NCBI GenBank assembly: GCA_003556225.1
Contig: PWRN01000027.1
Span: 10,019-74,018 of the forward strand
Length of the DNA stretch: 64,000 nucleotides
Source: Syntrophomonadaceae bacterium
Lineage (GTDB): Bacteria > Bacillota > Dethiobacteria > DTU022 > UBA8154
Direction: 5' to 3'
The position numbers were made by a program, and so were the translations under genes. This document shows positions 9,518-18,478 of the stretch, piece after piece (the stretch's first letter is position 1; the number at the start of each line of letters is the position of its first letter). The notes under the pieces were generated by a model that saw only the letters and a list, made by a program, of their open reading frames with translations, was not told the origin of the DNA and ran no database searches.

Positions 9518-11938
9518 CTACTTCTCCTCGTCCTCACCGTTTGTATAGTCTTCCTGATTGAACAGGTCGCCAAAGACATCCCCCAGAGTCACACCCTGGT
9601 TATCCGAGTCCCCTGGCTGGTTGGAATGGGCAGAAAAATCCCGGGGGGCTGGACTGGCTTCTTTGATGCTTAAACTAATCCTCTTCCCCTGGGAATTGAT
9701 TTCCAATATTTTTACTTTAACTTCTTCCCCTTCCTGGATAATCTCCGAAGGGTGCTTGACGTGAAAGTCCGCCATCTGGGAGATGTGGACCAACCCTTCC
9801 ACCCCGGGCATCAGCTCCACGAAGGCGCCGAAGTTCACGATCCGGGTCACTTTTCCTTCGACGATGTCGCCCTCATGAAACGTTTCGCTGATCTGGGACC
9901 AGGGATCGGGCTGGGCCTGCCGCACGCTGAGGCTGATTCGTTCTCGTTCGGGGATGACTTCAAGGACCTTGACCTTGATCTCTTCACCCACGCTGAGCAC
10001 TTCCTGGGGATGACCCACTCTCTGCCAGGATACTTCAGAAATATGGACCAGTCCATCTATGCCGCCCACATCGACAAAGGCGCCAAAATCGGTTAATCGT
10101 TTGACCACCCCGTTGATGATGGCATCTTCTTCCAGAGCGCTGATGGTTTTCTGCTTCTGTTCGTCCGCCTCTACTTCCAACAATTTTTTCCGGGAGAGGA
10201 TCACTTTATCGCGCTCCCGGTTCAGTTCAATAATGTTGAAGGATAATTCCTGGCCCAAAAATGTTTGAAAATCCGGGATGTACCTGACATCAACCAGGGA
10301 CCCCGGCATAAACCCTTCAATACCGCTGCCCAGGTTTACGATGATCCCGGCGGGGACCACGTCTTTGACCAGCCCTTCCATGCGCTTGCCGCTTTCCAGG
10401 GCCTCGTTCAGTTCTTTCCAGCGTCTCTCCCGCGCCAGTCGTTTCTGTGAAACAATGATCTTATCTTCCTGCTCGTTTATTTTTAGTACGAGGACGTCGA
10501 CATCATCGCCCTCCGAAAATGTATCTTTCAGCGTGGCGCCGCCTTCCAGGAGAAGTTCGGCCTTGGGAAGAACAGCGTCTGACTTCCAGCCGATATCCAC
10601 CAGCAGCTGGTCGTCTTCAACCAGGACCACCTTCCCCGTGACCACATCCCCCGGTCGGTATTCCTTTACGTCCTGCTGGTAGGGAAAGCTGTCTTCTGGA
10701 TCCACTGCTGCTTCCTGCCCCGCTTCCCCTTCGGCAGGACCGGCTGTTTCTTCCAGACTGGCTTCTCCTGCGGAGATGCCTTCTTCTTCCTGCTCGCCGG
10801 TTTCTTCCTGCAGGCTTTCTTCCTGCAAGCTGGCCCCTTCCTGCCCAATAGTCTCTTCCTGCTCGCCGGTTTCTTCCTGCAGGCTTTCTTCCTGCAAGCT
10901 GGCCCCTTCCTGCCCAATAGTCTCTTCCTGCTCGACGGTCTCTTCCTGCTCGACGGCTTTTTCCTGGTCGCTGGACCCTTCCTGCGGGTTTTCTTCCTGC
11001 AAGCTGCTCTCCTCTTGCTTGCTTTCTTCTTCCGGGCTGCTTTCTTCCTCTGACCGAATCTCAAAATTCTCGTTTTCCATGCGATCCATAACCTCCTTTA
11101 TCGTCCAATCCGGGGTAGATGCTCCTGCAGTGACCCCAACTTTTGTGATCCCTACCAACCACCGGCTGGAGATTTCCTCTGCACCCGTAATCTGGTAGGT
11201 TTTTATCATTTCACGGCAAACTCTTGCTAATTTCTCTGTGTTGGAACTTTTCCGGTCCCCCACAACCAGCATTAAGTCTACCGCTGAAGCCAGTTTTGCC
11301 GCTGCATTTTGTCGCAAAACCGTAGCTTTGCAAATGGTCTTGTAGGTATCCAGCTCGGTATAGATGCTCTTGAGCATGGCCGCCACGTTTAAGAACTCTT
11401 TTTCTCTTTGCGTGGTTTGCGAAATCAGGACAGCCTTTCCCGGGATGGACAGCTGGTGGATGCTTTCATCCTCCCCGGGTGCGATCACCATGGCCCCTTC
11501 ACCGGCCCAGCCTAAAAGAGCCTGGACCTCGGGGTGTTCGCGGTTCCCGTAGATGAGAATCTTGTACCCCTTGATCGAAAAATTATGGGCAATCTTCTGC
11601 AGGCGCTTGACATAGGGACACGTGGCGTCGATGACTTCGATATTTTTTTCCCTGGACAAACGTTCCAGGATCTCCGGGGTCGCGCCATGCGTGCGGATGA
11701 TAACCGTCCCGCTTTTGATTTCATCGAGCTTCGAAAATACTTTTACACCTTTTTGCGCCAAAAAATTTGCAACCTTTTCATTGTGCACCAGGGGGCCGAA
11801 TGTACTGACATCTTTCCCCATTTCCACGTGGTGCAGGGTCAATTCCAGCGCGTTTTTTACCCCGTCACAGAAACCGGCATGCTCTGCAAGGTAAACCTGA
11901 ATGGAAACGTACCCCCTCAAGGAGTCAAAGAGACCCAC
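9518..11938 (-). CDS. ispH-rpsA: bifunctional 4-hydroxy-3-methylbut-2-enyl diphosphate reductase (IspH/LytB) / ribosomal protein S1 fusion with a long acidic repeat linker
   Basis: N-terminal AEHAGFCDGVKNA...TCPYV...ISQTT motifs of IspH, C-terminal four S1 domains (GxV, FGAFV motifs). Conserved cmk-plsC-(ispH/S1)-der order. Start is uncertain: the ORF track extends to 12277 but that part overlaps plsC. Candidates are the TTG at 11920, forming TTGA with the plsC stop, or the GTG at 11938. Confidence 0.85.
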   Translation of the reverse strand: MGLFDSLRGYVSIQVYLAEHAGFCDGVKNALELTLHHVEMGKDVSTFGPLVHNEKVANFLAQKGVKVFSKLDEIKSGTVIIRTHGATPEILERLSREKNIEVIDATCPYVKRLQKIAHNFSIKGYKILIYGNREHPEVQALLGWAGEGAMVIAPGEDESIHQLSIPGKAVLISQTTQREKEFLNVAAMLKSIYTELDTYKTICKATVLRQNAAAKLASAVDLMLVVGDRKSSNTEKLARVCREMIKTYQITGAEEISSRWLVGITKVGVTAGASTPDWTIKEVMDRMENENFEIRSEEESSPEEESKQEESSLQEENPQEGSSDQEKAVEQEETVEQEETIGQEGASLQEESLQEETGEQEETIGQEGASLQEESLQEETGEQEEEGISAGEASLEETAGPAEGEAGQEAAVDPEDSFPYQQDVKEYRPGDVVTGKVVLVEDDQLLVDIGWKSDAVLPKAELLLEGGATLKDTFSEGDDVDVLVLKINEQEDKIIVSQKRLARERRWKELNEALESGKRMEGLVKDVVPAGIIVNLGSGIEGFMPGSLVDVRYIPDFQTFLGQELSFNIIELNRERDKVILSRKKLLEVEADEQKQKTISALEEDAIINGVVKRLTDFGAFVDVGGIDGLVHISEVSWQRVGHPQEVLSVGEEIKVKVLEVIPERERISLSVRQAQPDPWSQISETFHEGDIVEGKVTRIVNFGAFVELMPGVEGLVHISQMADFHVKHPSEIIQEGEEVKVKILEINSQGKRISLSIKEASPAPRDFSAHSNQPGDSDNQGVTLGDVFGDLFNQEDYTNGEDEEK
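10791..10928. repeat. perfect tandem direct repeat, 2 x 69 bp, inside the ispH-rpsA linker (encodes EETIGQEGASLQEESLQEETGEQ twice)
   Basis: Nucleotides 10791-10859 and 10860-10928 are identical base for base. They are followed by shorter degenerate GAA/CAG-rich repeats up to about 11090. Confidence 0.9.
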
Positions 11939-12498
11939 TGCTTTCTTATTTCTTCCATAATCTGCGCGGAGATTTCTTCCAGCGAACCTTTTCCGCTTCC
12001 CTGGAAGACGACTGGTGCGCCGATGGCGACCCGGATGCGCTTGAACGGTCCGGGAGGCCACTTGATCGCCACCGGCACCACGGGTTTTTGACTTTTCATG
12101 GCGATGAGGGCGGCGCCCTGCAAGGGCTTGCCCAGCTCCCCGGTTTTTATCCTCGTGCCTTCCGGGAATAAACCGACAACCCCGCCTTCCTCTAAGATCC
12201 GCAGTGCCTGGCGTATGGCCTTGCGGTCGGCCGTACTCCGCCTGACCGGAAAGGCTCCCATTTTCTTGATGATCCATCCCAAAAACCGGATGTGAAACAA
12301 TTCTTCCTTTGCCATGAAATGGACTTTATTTTTCGCTGGAATGATACAGCCTGCCAGGGGAGGATCAAACCAGCTCGTGTGGTTGGCGCAAATGATAAAC
12401 GGCCCCCGGGGAGGGAGATGATTTTTTCCGGAAATGCTGTACCCGAATAAAGTCCTGAAGAGGAGATTAAAAAATGCGTGAAAAAACCGGTAAATCAT
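11917..12498 (-). CDS. plsC: 1-acyl-sn-glycerol-3-phosphate acyltransferase
   Basis: Has the acyltransferase NHTSWFDP (HxxxxD) motif and the FPEGTR motif. Start taken at the Met just after the cmk stop; the ORF track extends to 12522. Confidence 0.8.
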   Translation of the reverse strand: MIYRFFHAFFNLLFRTLFGYSISGKNHLPPRGPFIICANHTSWFDPPLAGCIIPAKNKVHFMAKEELFHIRFLGWIIKKMGAFPVRRSTADRKAIRQALRILEEGGVVGLFPEGTRIKTGELGKPLQGAALIAMKSQKPVVPVAIKWPPGPFKRIRVAIGAPVVFQGSGKGSLEEISAQIMEEIRKQWVSLTP

Positions 12499-12500
12499 CG

Positions 12501-13217
12501 CTAACGAACCTCGCCGGAACAACCCTTTTTCTGCAAGTCGCGGGTGGCAGACCGAATCATCTCGAGGAGTTTTTGCACAACCTCCTCAAAGCTAAACGCA
12601 GTAGTATCGATCACACAGGCATCCGGTGCCGCCCGCAAAGGATCGTCTTCTCGCTCCTGGTCGATACGGTCACGCATGGCGATCTCTTCCAGGAGTTCTT
12701 CAAACGGGACTTCCACGTTCTTTTCTTTCATTTCCAACCATCTTCTCCTGGCCCGCTCTTCCACGTCTGCAGATAGAAAAAACTTGAAGGGCGCCCCTGT
12801 CAGCACGTTCGTGCCGATGTCACGACCTTCCATGATAATTCCGCCCGTTTTTTTGGCGATGGCCCGCTGTAAATGGACCAGTTCCTTGCGGACCTCCGGA
12901 GACTTGGCCACCATGGAAACCTTTTGATTCACCCGGGGGGCACGTATCTCTTCCGTAATATCATCTCCATCCATCACGATACGGTTTCCCAGGTTATCGT
13001 CGTACACAACTTCCAGCTTGCAGTTCTTCGTTAAATGGGAGAGCATCTGACCGTCGTTCACATCGACACCTTCGTTCAGCGCTTTCAGTGTAATGGCCCG
13101 ATACATGGCTCCTGTATCGAGATAGACCAGACCCAAGCGCCTGGCTACCTCCTTGGCAACGCTGCTTTTACCGGCTCCTGCCGGGCCGTCAATGGCAATC
13201 TGCACACAACATACCAC
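12501..13217 (-). CDS. cmk: cytidylate kinase
   Basis: IAIDGPAGAGKSSVAK P-loop, 238 aa. Synteny with plsC and the S1 gene. Confidence 0.9.
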   Translation of the reverse strand: MVCCVQIAIDGPAGAGKSSVAKEVARRLGLVYLDTGAMYRAITLKALNEGVDVNDGQMLSHLTKNCKLEVVYDDNLGNRIVMDGDDITEEIRAPRVNQKVSMVAKSPEVRKELVHLQRAIAKKTGGIIMEGRDIGTNVLTGAPFKFFLSADVEERARRRWLEMKEKNVEVPFEELLEEIAMRDRIDQEREDDPLRAAPDACVIDTTAFSFEEVVQKLLEMIRSATRDLQKKGCSGEVR

Positions 13218-13285
13218 CTTGTGTATTACTTCGCGAACGCTGCAGGTCTTTCCTCTTAAATAACTAGGAATTAAAGAAAGAACCG

Positions 13286-13648
13286 TTATTGCGTCAACAG
13301 GTCTTGCCTCAAGCTCATTGCGCCCTTCAAATAAAAATGCCGGATATCTTCAGTCTTTTTCGAGGAATTGATCAGTATGAGCACTCGAATACACCTGGGA
13401 AGAGATCCCGGCACATCAATTTCCAGTGAACAAAAAAGGGGTACATATTTCCAACCCAGCTGCCGCGCCGCTTCGGCTGGGTGCACCGCATTTAAATCCT
13501 GTGTCATCGTGAAATAAACCGCACAGATGTCTTCCAGGCTTACGCTGTTACCGGCCGTCATCTCCACTAAAAGTTGTTTTGTCGCTTCGAGTATTTCCCC
13601 GGGATCATTTGCAGCAACATCGATCGCACCTCTGATTCCCCGCACCAT
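13286..13648 (-). CDS. aroH: monofunctional chorismate mutase, AroH type
   Basis: MVRGIRGAIDV... is strongly similar in pattern to B. subtilis AroH (MMIRGIRGATTV...). About 120 aa. Confidence 0.75.
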   Translation of the reverse strand: MVRGIRGAIDVAANDPGEILEATKQLLVEMTAGNSVSLEDICAVYFTMTQDLNAVHPAEAARQLGWKYVPLFCSLEIDVPGSLPRCIRVLILINSSKKTEDIRHFYLKGAMSLRQDLLTQ

Positions 13649-13762
13649 AGCTCCTTGCACCATCCTACCACCTTTAGCTTAAACACTCTACATTATGAAT
13701 CATATACCATCTTGGATAGATTTACAACCCTAATTTCATAGCATCCCCCTGGACTTTAGCGG

Positions 13763-14296
13763 CTATTTGCTGCTTTCTTTTAAACGTGCCAGGAGTCTTT
13801 CCCGGTGCAGATCGTACACTTTAAACAAAAAACGTTCCGCTTCCTTGCTGCTCAATTTAATCGAAGGCGGTTCCAGGATCTCAATCTTTCGAAATTCTTC
13901 CCGCAGGACAAACCGCAGGATATCTTCTATGGTATCGGCACGGACCCGTATTTCCAGCGGTGCGAAGGCGACATCTTCATCTTTATGTTCATCGTAAAGG
14001 CTGTAGATTTCCCCCAAATCGATACTCTCGACCTGGATTCCCTGCAAGGGCATGTTTCGCCAGAGGGCGATTTGCTGCTCCCTGATTTCTTCCGCGACCG
14101 CTTCTGTCTTTTTCCGACCGAAAAAAAACCGGGCCGGGCGAGGGTTACCGCGATAATCAAAGCGAATTTTAAAGGTAAGCTTTGCCGGCTTCTCCTCTTC
14201 GATTCTTTCCACGGGCGGCTCGTCTTTTTTCCTTTTCTCTCTTAAATCCCTGCTGTCCAGATCGGGCTTAAACACAAGCCAACCCTCCTTGATCAT
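13763..14296 (-). CDS. hypothetical protein (positional equivalent of Bacillus ypuI between scpB/rluB and cmk)
   Basis: Charged 177-187-aa ORF with no recognisable motif. Assigned only from position and coding-like composition. Confidence 0.35.
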   Translation of the reverse strand: MIKEGWLVFKPDLDSRDLREKRKKDEPPVERIEEEKPAKLTFKIRFDYRGNPRPARFFFGRKKTEAVAEEIREQQIALWRNMPLQGIQVESIDLGEIYSLYDEHKDEDVAFAPLEIRVRADTIEDILRFVLREEFRKIEILEPPSIKLSSKEAERFLFKVYDLHRERLLARLKESSK

Positions 14297-14391
14297 GAGA
14301 AATGATCGCACTTTCCTGGCAGGCACTGTGCGTCAAGCTGTTCTTAAAAGAGTTCGAGAAAAGCACAAAATATCCTGCTGGAAAGGCCCCT

Positions 14392-15144
14392 TCAGCTGGA
14401 ATTTTGCGAAAATGGCGCCGTCAAGTTAACTTTATCATACAGCCTTTGCGCTTCAGCCTGACTTAAGTGCCGATACGAACCGGGTGGCAGGCTTCCCACT
14501 CCCAGGCCTGCAAAGGAAATCCGTTTCAAGTAGAGCACAGGATGGCCGATCTGCTGACACATGCGCTTGATTTGCCGCTTTTTGCCCTCGTGAACCGTGA
14601 GGGTGAGCCAGGTCGTCTTCTCCTCTTGATTCACCCGGCGGATTGCTGCCCGGGCCGGGGCAATTTTTTCTTTGCCCAGGATCATCCCTTCGCGAAAGGA
14701 TTTCAACTTTTTGGCTGGAACAATTCCTTGCGTCAAGGCCAGGTATGTCTTCTCAACCTGGTAGCGGGGATGCATCAAGCGGGAAGCCAGTTCCCCGTCA
14801 CTGGTCATGAAGAGGATTCCCTCGGTATCGAAATCGAGACGGCCGACGTAAAGAAGGTGTTGATCGGAATAAACAGGTAAGAGATCAAAAACGGTGGGCC
14901 GGCCAAAGGGATCCCTGCGGGTTGTCAAGCAGCCCGCAGGTTTGTGCAGCAGGATGTAGCGGTATGCCGTTTTCATCCTGACCCTGCGGTTGTCGACAGC
15001 GACGGTATCCTCCCGGGTGTTTACTTTTATGCCCATGGCCGTAACGGTTTCACCGTTTACTTTGACCCTTCCCTCCCGGATCATTTTTTCTGCTTCCCGC
15101 CGGGAAGCAAGCCCTGCCATGGAAAGGTATTTTTGGAGGCGCAC
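14392..15144 (-). CDS. rluB: 23S rRNA pseudouridine synthase RluB family (S4 domain plus PseudoU_synth_2)
   Basis: S4 motif LQKYLSMAGLASRREAEKMIREGRVKVNG and catalytic region HRLDFDTEGIL. Start set at GTG 15144, which has a GGAGAAG SD 5-10 nt upstream; the ORF track extends to 15252. Confidence 0.8.
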   Translation of the reverse strand: MRLQKYLSMAGLASRREAEKMIREGRVKVNGETVTAMGIKVNTREDTVAVDNRRVRMKTAYRYILLHKPAGCLTTRRDPFGRPTVFDLLPVYSDQHLLYVGRLDFDTEGILFMTSDGELASRLMHPRYQVEKTYLALTQGIVPAKKLKSFREGMILGKEKIAPARAAIRRVNQEEKTTWLTLTVHEGKKRQIKRMCQQIGHPVLYLKRISFAGLGVGSLPPGSYRHLSQAEAQRLYDKVNLTAPFSQNSS

Positions 15145-15279
15145 CGTCTTCTCCAAGCACTCACTTCCCCAGAACCACGGATCACCCACAGCACGATTCT
15201 GCTTGCCGGGGACATTTTCGTGGGTGTAATCAAATCCCGGTATTCCGACCATCGGGCACTGCCCGGGTCACGGCGAGGG

Positions 15280-15921
15280 TCAGCGCCCCTGTTCGCTGCT
15301 GTCTGCCTGTTCCCCGAAGAGATGCCCTGTTTCCTTGTTATAAAAAGTTTCCAGTTCAGCGAGATCTTGAACGCCAAAATAATTGAAAAATTCTTCCGTT
15401 GGCCGATACAAAAAAGGTCTCCCCAAACCTTCCCTGCGACCGGCAATTTCCACAAAACCCCTTTTGATCAAGTTCTCGATTACGCCGTCTGTTTTAACGC
15501 CCCGAATATGTTCCACCTCCAACCGGGTCACCGGTTGTTTCAGGGCAATGATCACCAGGGTTTCGAGAGCCGCCTGGGATAAAGGCAGTGAAATACAGCT
15601 TTCATCAAAAAGTGTTTCGATCTTTTGGGCGGCTTCGGGTTTTGTGCCCAGCTGGTACCCTTCGGGCCGTTCCAGCAAAATCAATCCCCGGTTTTGATTT
15701 TCCAGTTCCCGCCGCAGCCGGGTGATCGCCTCCAAAACTTCTTGCTCCGTCGCGGCAAGCATCTTTTGCAGCTGCGCCAGGGAAAGCGGCTCGCTGCTGG
15801 CAAATAATCCCGCCTCCAGGACAGCCTGCAGGGAAATCGCCAAGAAAATCACCCCTTCCTGGCAGTATGGTTTTTGTGTTATACGTTTATTCCCTCGAAG
15901 GTGGGGATCCATCGGTTCCAT
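15280..15921 (-). CDS. scpB: segregation and condensation protein B
   Basis: Winged-helix ScpB pattern (LEAGLFASSEPLSLAQL, then VKTDGVIENLIKRGFVE). Overlaps the end of scpA as is usual. The true start may be the GTG at 15852. Confidence 0.8.
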   Translation of the reverse strand: MEPMDPHLRGNKRITQKPYCQEGVIFLAISLQAVLEAGLFASSEPLSLAQLQKMLAATEQEVLEAITRLRRELENQNRGLILLERPEGYQLGTKPEAAQKIETLFDESCISLPLSQAALETLVIIALKQPVTRLEVEHIRGVKTDGVIENLIKRGFVEIAGRREGLGRPFLYRPTEEFFNYFGVQDLAELETFYNKETGHLFGEQADSSEQGR

Positions 15922-16717
15922 CAGCGTGATTTTCCCCGTTTGCTTTCATCACCTGGATAGAGCTGAAAGGCCGGCACTGGCTTAAACGCACCTGGCCCCT
16001 CCTTGCCAGCTCCAGGAGGGCAAAAAAGGTCACCACCACCTCAGCTTTGTTCCCTCGTTTTTTAATAAATTCTTCAAAGGTCAATATGGCTTTTTTGAGA
16101 TTTTTAAAGCGCTCCATGATGCGCCGGATGGTATCCCGAAAAGAAAGGTTTTCCTCGGGCACAGGGACAGGCTCCGGGAGCTTCAGCTCTTTCTCCCGGC
16201 GCCGTCTTAAGTTTACCACGGCCTGCTTGAGGCTGTCATAAGCGAGGGGGTAGATCATTTTTTGGTGGTTAATCAGCATGATCTTCTGCGAAGGGCCGGA
16301 ACGCAAAAAAACCCTCTGCTGGCCGTCCTGCCGCTTGAAAAGTTCAAGGGCAATGGTTTTTGCTTTCCTGTACTCTAACAAACAGCGCACCAGCTCTTCC
16401 TTGGAACCAAAATAAAGGTCCGTCTCTTCTCTGTCCGTGAACCTGGTGGACAGGCTGGGCAAGAGCAAGCGCGATTTAAGCTGGAGGAGCGCTGCGGCCA
16501 TCACCAAGAATTCGCCGGCCAGGTCGACTTCGAGCTGCTGCATGGATTGGATGTACGCCAGGTACTGGTTGGTAATTTTACCCAGGGGAATTTCCCAGAT
16601 ATCCACTTCTTCCCGCTGAATGAGATGAAAAAGCAGGTCGAACGGGCCTTCAAAAACGGGGAGGGCGATCTGGTACCCTTCCGTTCCCTTTGGCCAGACC
16701 TTGACCGCACCAGGCAC
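15887..16717 (-). CDS. scpA: segregation and condensation protein A
   Basis: FEGPFDLLFHLIQREEVDIWEIPL N-terminal ScpA signature, 276 aa. Confidence 0.8.
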   Translation of the reverse strand: MPGAVKVWPKGTEGYQIALPVFEGPFDLLFHLIQREEVDIWEIPLGKITNQYLAYIQSMQQLEVDLAGEFLVMAAALLQLKSRLLLPSLSTRFTDREETDLYFGSKEELVRCLLEYRKAKTIALELFKRQDGQQRVFLRSGPSQKIMLINHQKMIYPLAYDSLKQAVVNLRRRREKELKLPEPVPVPEENLSFRDTIRRIMERFKNLKKAILTFEEFIKKRGNKAEVVVTFFALLELARRGQVRLSQCRPFSSIQVMKANGENHADGTDGSPPSRE

Positions 16718-16731
16718 TTGTGAATTTTGTT

Positions 16732-17733
16732 CTAGGTAAGCCCCATGGCTGATCGCACCTCTTTCATCGTGGTCTGGGCCGTTCGCCTGGCCTGTTCTCC
16801 TCCTCGGGCCAGCACTTCATCCACGAGCTGCGGCTTGCTTTCAATCTCTTTTCTACGATGGTAGATCGGCTCCATGTATTCTTTCATTTTTCCAGCCAGG
16901 AGGTTTTTGCACTGCACGCATCCAATGGCCCCATCACGACATTCTTGTGCGATGGCTGCTGCTTCCCGGGCATTGAAAATTCGCTGAAAAGCAAAGACGC
17001 TGCAAATCTCGGGGTTTCCAGGGTCATCTTTCCTGATGCGCGCGGGATCGGTAATCATCATGCGCACTTTTTCCGGTATTTTTTCCGGGGAGATGGCAAT
17101 TTCGATATAGTTGTTATAGCTCTTGCTCATTTTCCGCTTGTCCAAACCGGGAATAGTTTTGAATTCGTTGAGCAGGGTTTCCGGTTCAGGAAAAACTTGC
17201 TTGCCGTAGAGGTGATTGAACCTGCGGGCCACCTCCCGGGTCAGCTCTATATGGGGCGCCTGGTCTTCTCCCACCGGCACGGCGTTGGCCTTGTAGATGA
17301 GGATATCCGCCGCTTGCAGGAGGGGATAGCCCAGGAAACCATATGTTGCCAGGTTACGTCCTTCCATCTGCTGCATCTGTTCCTTGTACGTGGGACACCG
17401 CTCCAGCCAGGATAAAGGTGTAAGCATGGAAAAAAGCAGGTGCAATTCTGCGTGCTCGACCACATCGGACTGTTTAAACAGCGTCGCTTTTTCCGGGTCA
17501 ATTCCACAGCTCAACCAATCCATGACCATCTCGCGGATATCTTCCTGGATGTTCCCGGGATCCTCGTAGGAGGTCGTTAATGCATGCCAGTCCACCACGC
17601 AGAAATAGCAGTCGTACTGATCCTGCAAGTTTATCCAGTTTTCCAGGGCACCGAAAAGGTTCCCCAGGTGTAATCGACCCGTCGGCCGCATGCCGCTTAG
17701 AATAATACCCTTCTTGGCTGCCAAAAATACCAT
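16732..17733 (-). CDS. trpS: tryptophan--tRNA ligase
   Basis: Class I HIGH variant (GMRPTGRLHLGN) and KMSKS motif, 333 aa. Confidence 0.9.
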   Translation of the reverse strand: MVFLAAKKGIILSGMRPTGRLHLGNLFGALENWINLQDQYDCYFCVVDWHALTTSYEDPGNIQEDIREMVMDWLSCGIDPEKATLFKQSDVVEHAELHLLFSMLTPLSWLERCPTYKEQMQQMEGRNLATYGFLGYPLLQAADILIYKANAVPVGEDQAPHIELTREVARRFNHLYGKQVFPEPETLLNEFKTIPGLDKRKMSKSYNNYIEIAISPEKIPEKVRMMITDPARIRKDDPGNPEICSVFAFQRIFNAREAAAIAQECRDGAIGCVQCKNLLAGKMKEYMEPIYHRRKEIESKPQLVDEVLARGGEQARRTAQTTMKEVRSAMGLT

Positions 17734-17756
17734 TCCTTTCCCGCGATGTTTGCAGT

Positions 17757-18410
17757 TTATAGAAAATAATGACCGGTGAGAATTAAGATCAGCAAATTGA
17801 TCCCCCCGATAATGAACGAGGCGATGGGAAGCAGGATCCGGGGCAATAACCCCAGGACCAGCAGCAAGATCAGCAAAAACGGCCCATAGGCCTCAAAACT
17901 CTGGTAGTAATGCGCATAGCCCCGGGGTAAAAAAGACCGGACAATTTTTGAACCGTCCAGGGGAGGCAGGGGCACAAAGTTAAAGATGGCCAAAAAGACG
18001 TTGATAAAAACGACCCAGATCAAGATGCCTTCCAGGATACCCGGCGTAGCCCAGCGGTAAAGAGAAGGAAGGTTCCCCGTGGTCAAGAACAATATCAGTG
18101 CGGCGGCAAAAGCCAGCAGCAAATTCGTTCCCGGCCCGGCCAGGGAAACCCAGAACAATCCCTTTTCCCGGTGGCGGAAATGGAAGGGGTTAATGGGAAC
18201 CGGACGGGCCCACCCAAACCCGACCATCATGACCATCAAGGTGCCAAGGGGATCCAGGTGAGAAATAGGGTTTAATGTCATACGCCCCGCATTTTTAGCG
18301 GTCGCATCGCCCCAGGCATACGCCATGCGAGCATGAGCATATTCATGAAAGGTCAGGGCAATCAACAGCGCCGGTATGCGGTAAAGCAGGTCAATTCCCG
18401 AGAAAAACAT
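17757..18410 (-). CDS. site-2 protease family zinc metalloprotease (peptidase M50, short form)
   Basis: HEYAHA zinc-binding motif within a TM helix plus several further TM segments. Start taken at the internal Met MFFSGID. Confidence 0.6.
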   Translation of the reverse strand: MFFSGIDLLYRIPALLIALTFHEYAHARMAYAWGDATAKNAGRMTLNPISHLDPLGTLMVMMVGFGWARPVPINPFHFRHREKGLFWVSLAGPGTNLLLAFAAALILFLTTGNLPSLYRWATPGILEGILIWVVFINVFLAIFNFVPLPPLDGSKIVRSFLPRGYAHYYQSFEAYGPFLLILLLVLGLLPRILLPIASFIIGGINLLILILTGHYFL

Positions 18411-18478
18411 CTTCCGTCTCCTTTCTTCTGCGCCAATATCTGAAAAGATATGAGGAGCGCTGCCCATGCGGGTTAGAT

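Noticed and set aside
10666-11198. ORFs 10666-11064 (minus strand, Lys/Arg-rich) and 10776-11198 (plus strand, Ser/Cys-rich) with striking repeats
   Set aside because: They are out-of-frame and antisense translations of the GAA/CAG-rich tandem repeats inside the ispH-rpsA linker. The in-frame acidic reading is continuous with well-conserved IspH and S1 domains.
9518-12277. N-terminal 113 codons of the ispH-rpsA ORF as given (MDHQENGSLSGQ...)
   Set aside because: That stretch overlaps plsC in another frame and is Arg/Gly-rich. IspH homology begins at about 11910, so a TTG or GTG start at 11920-11938 is adopted.
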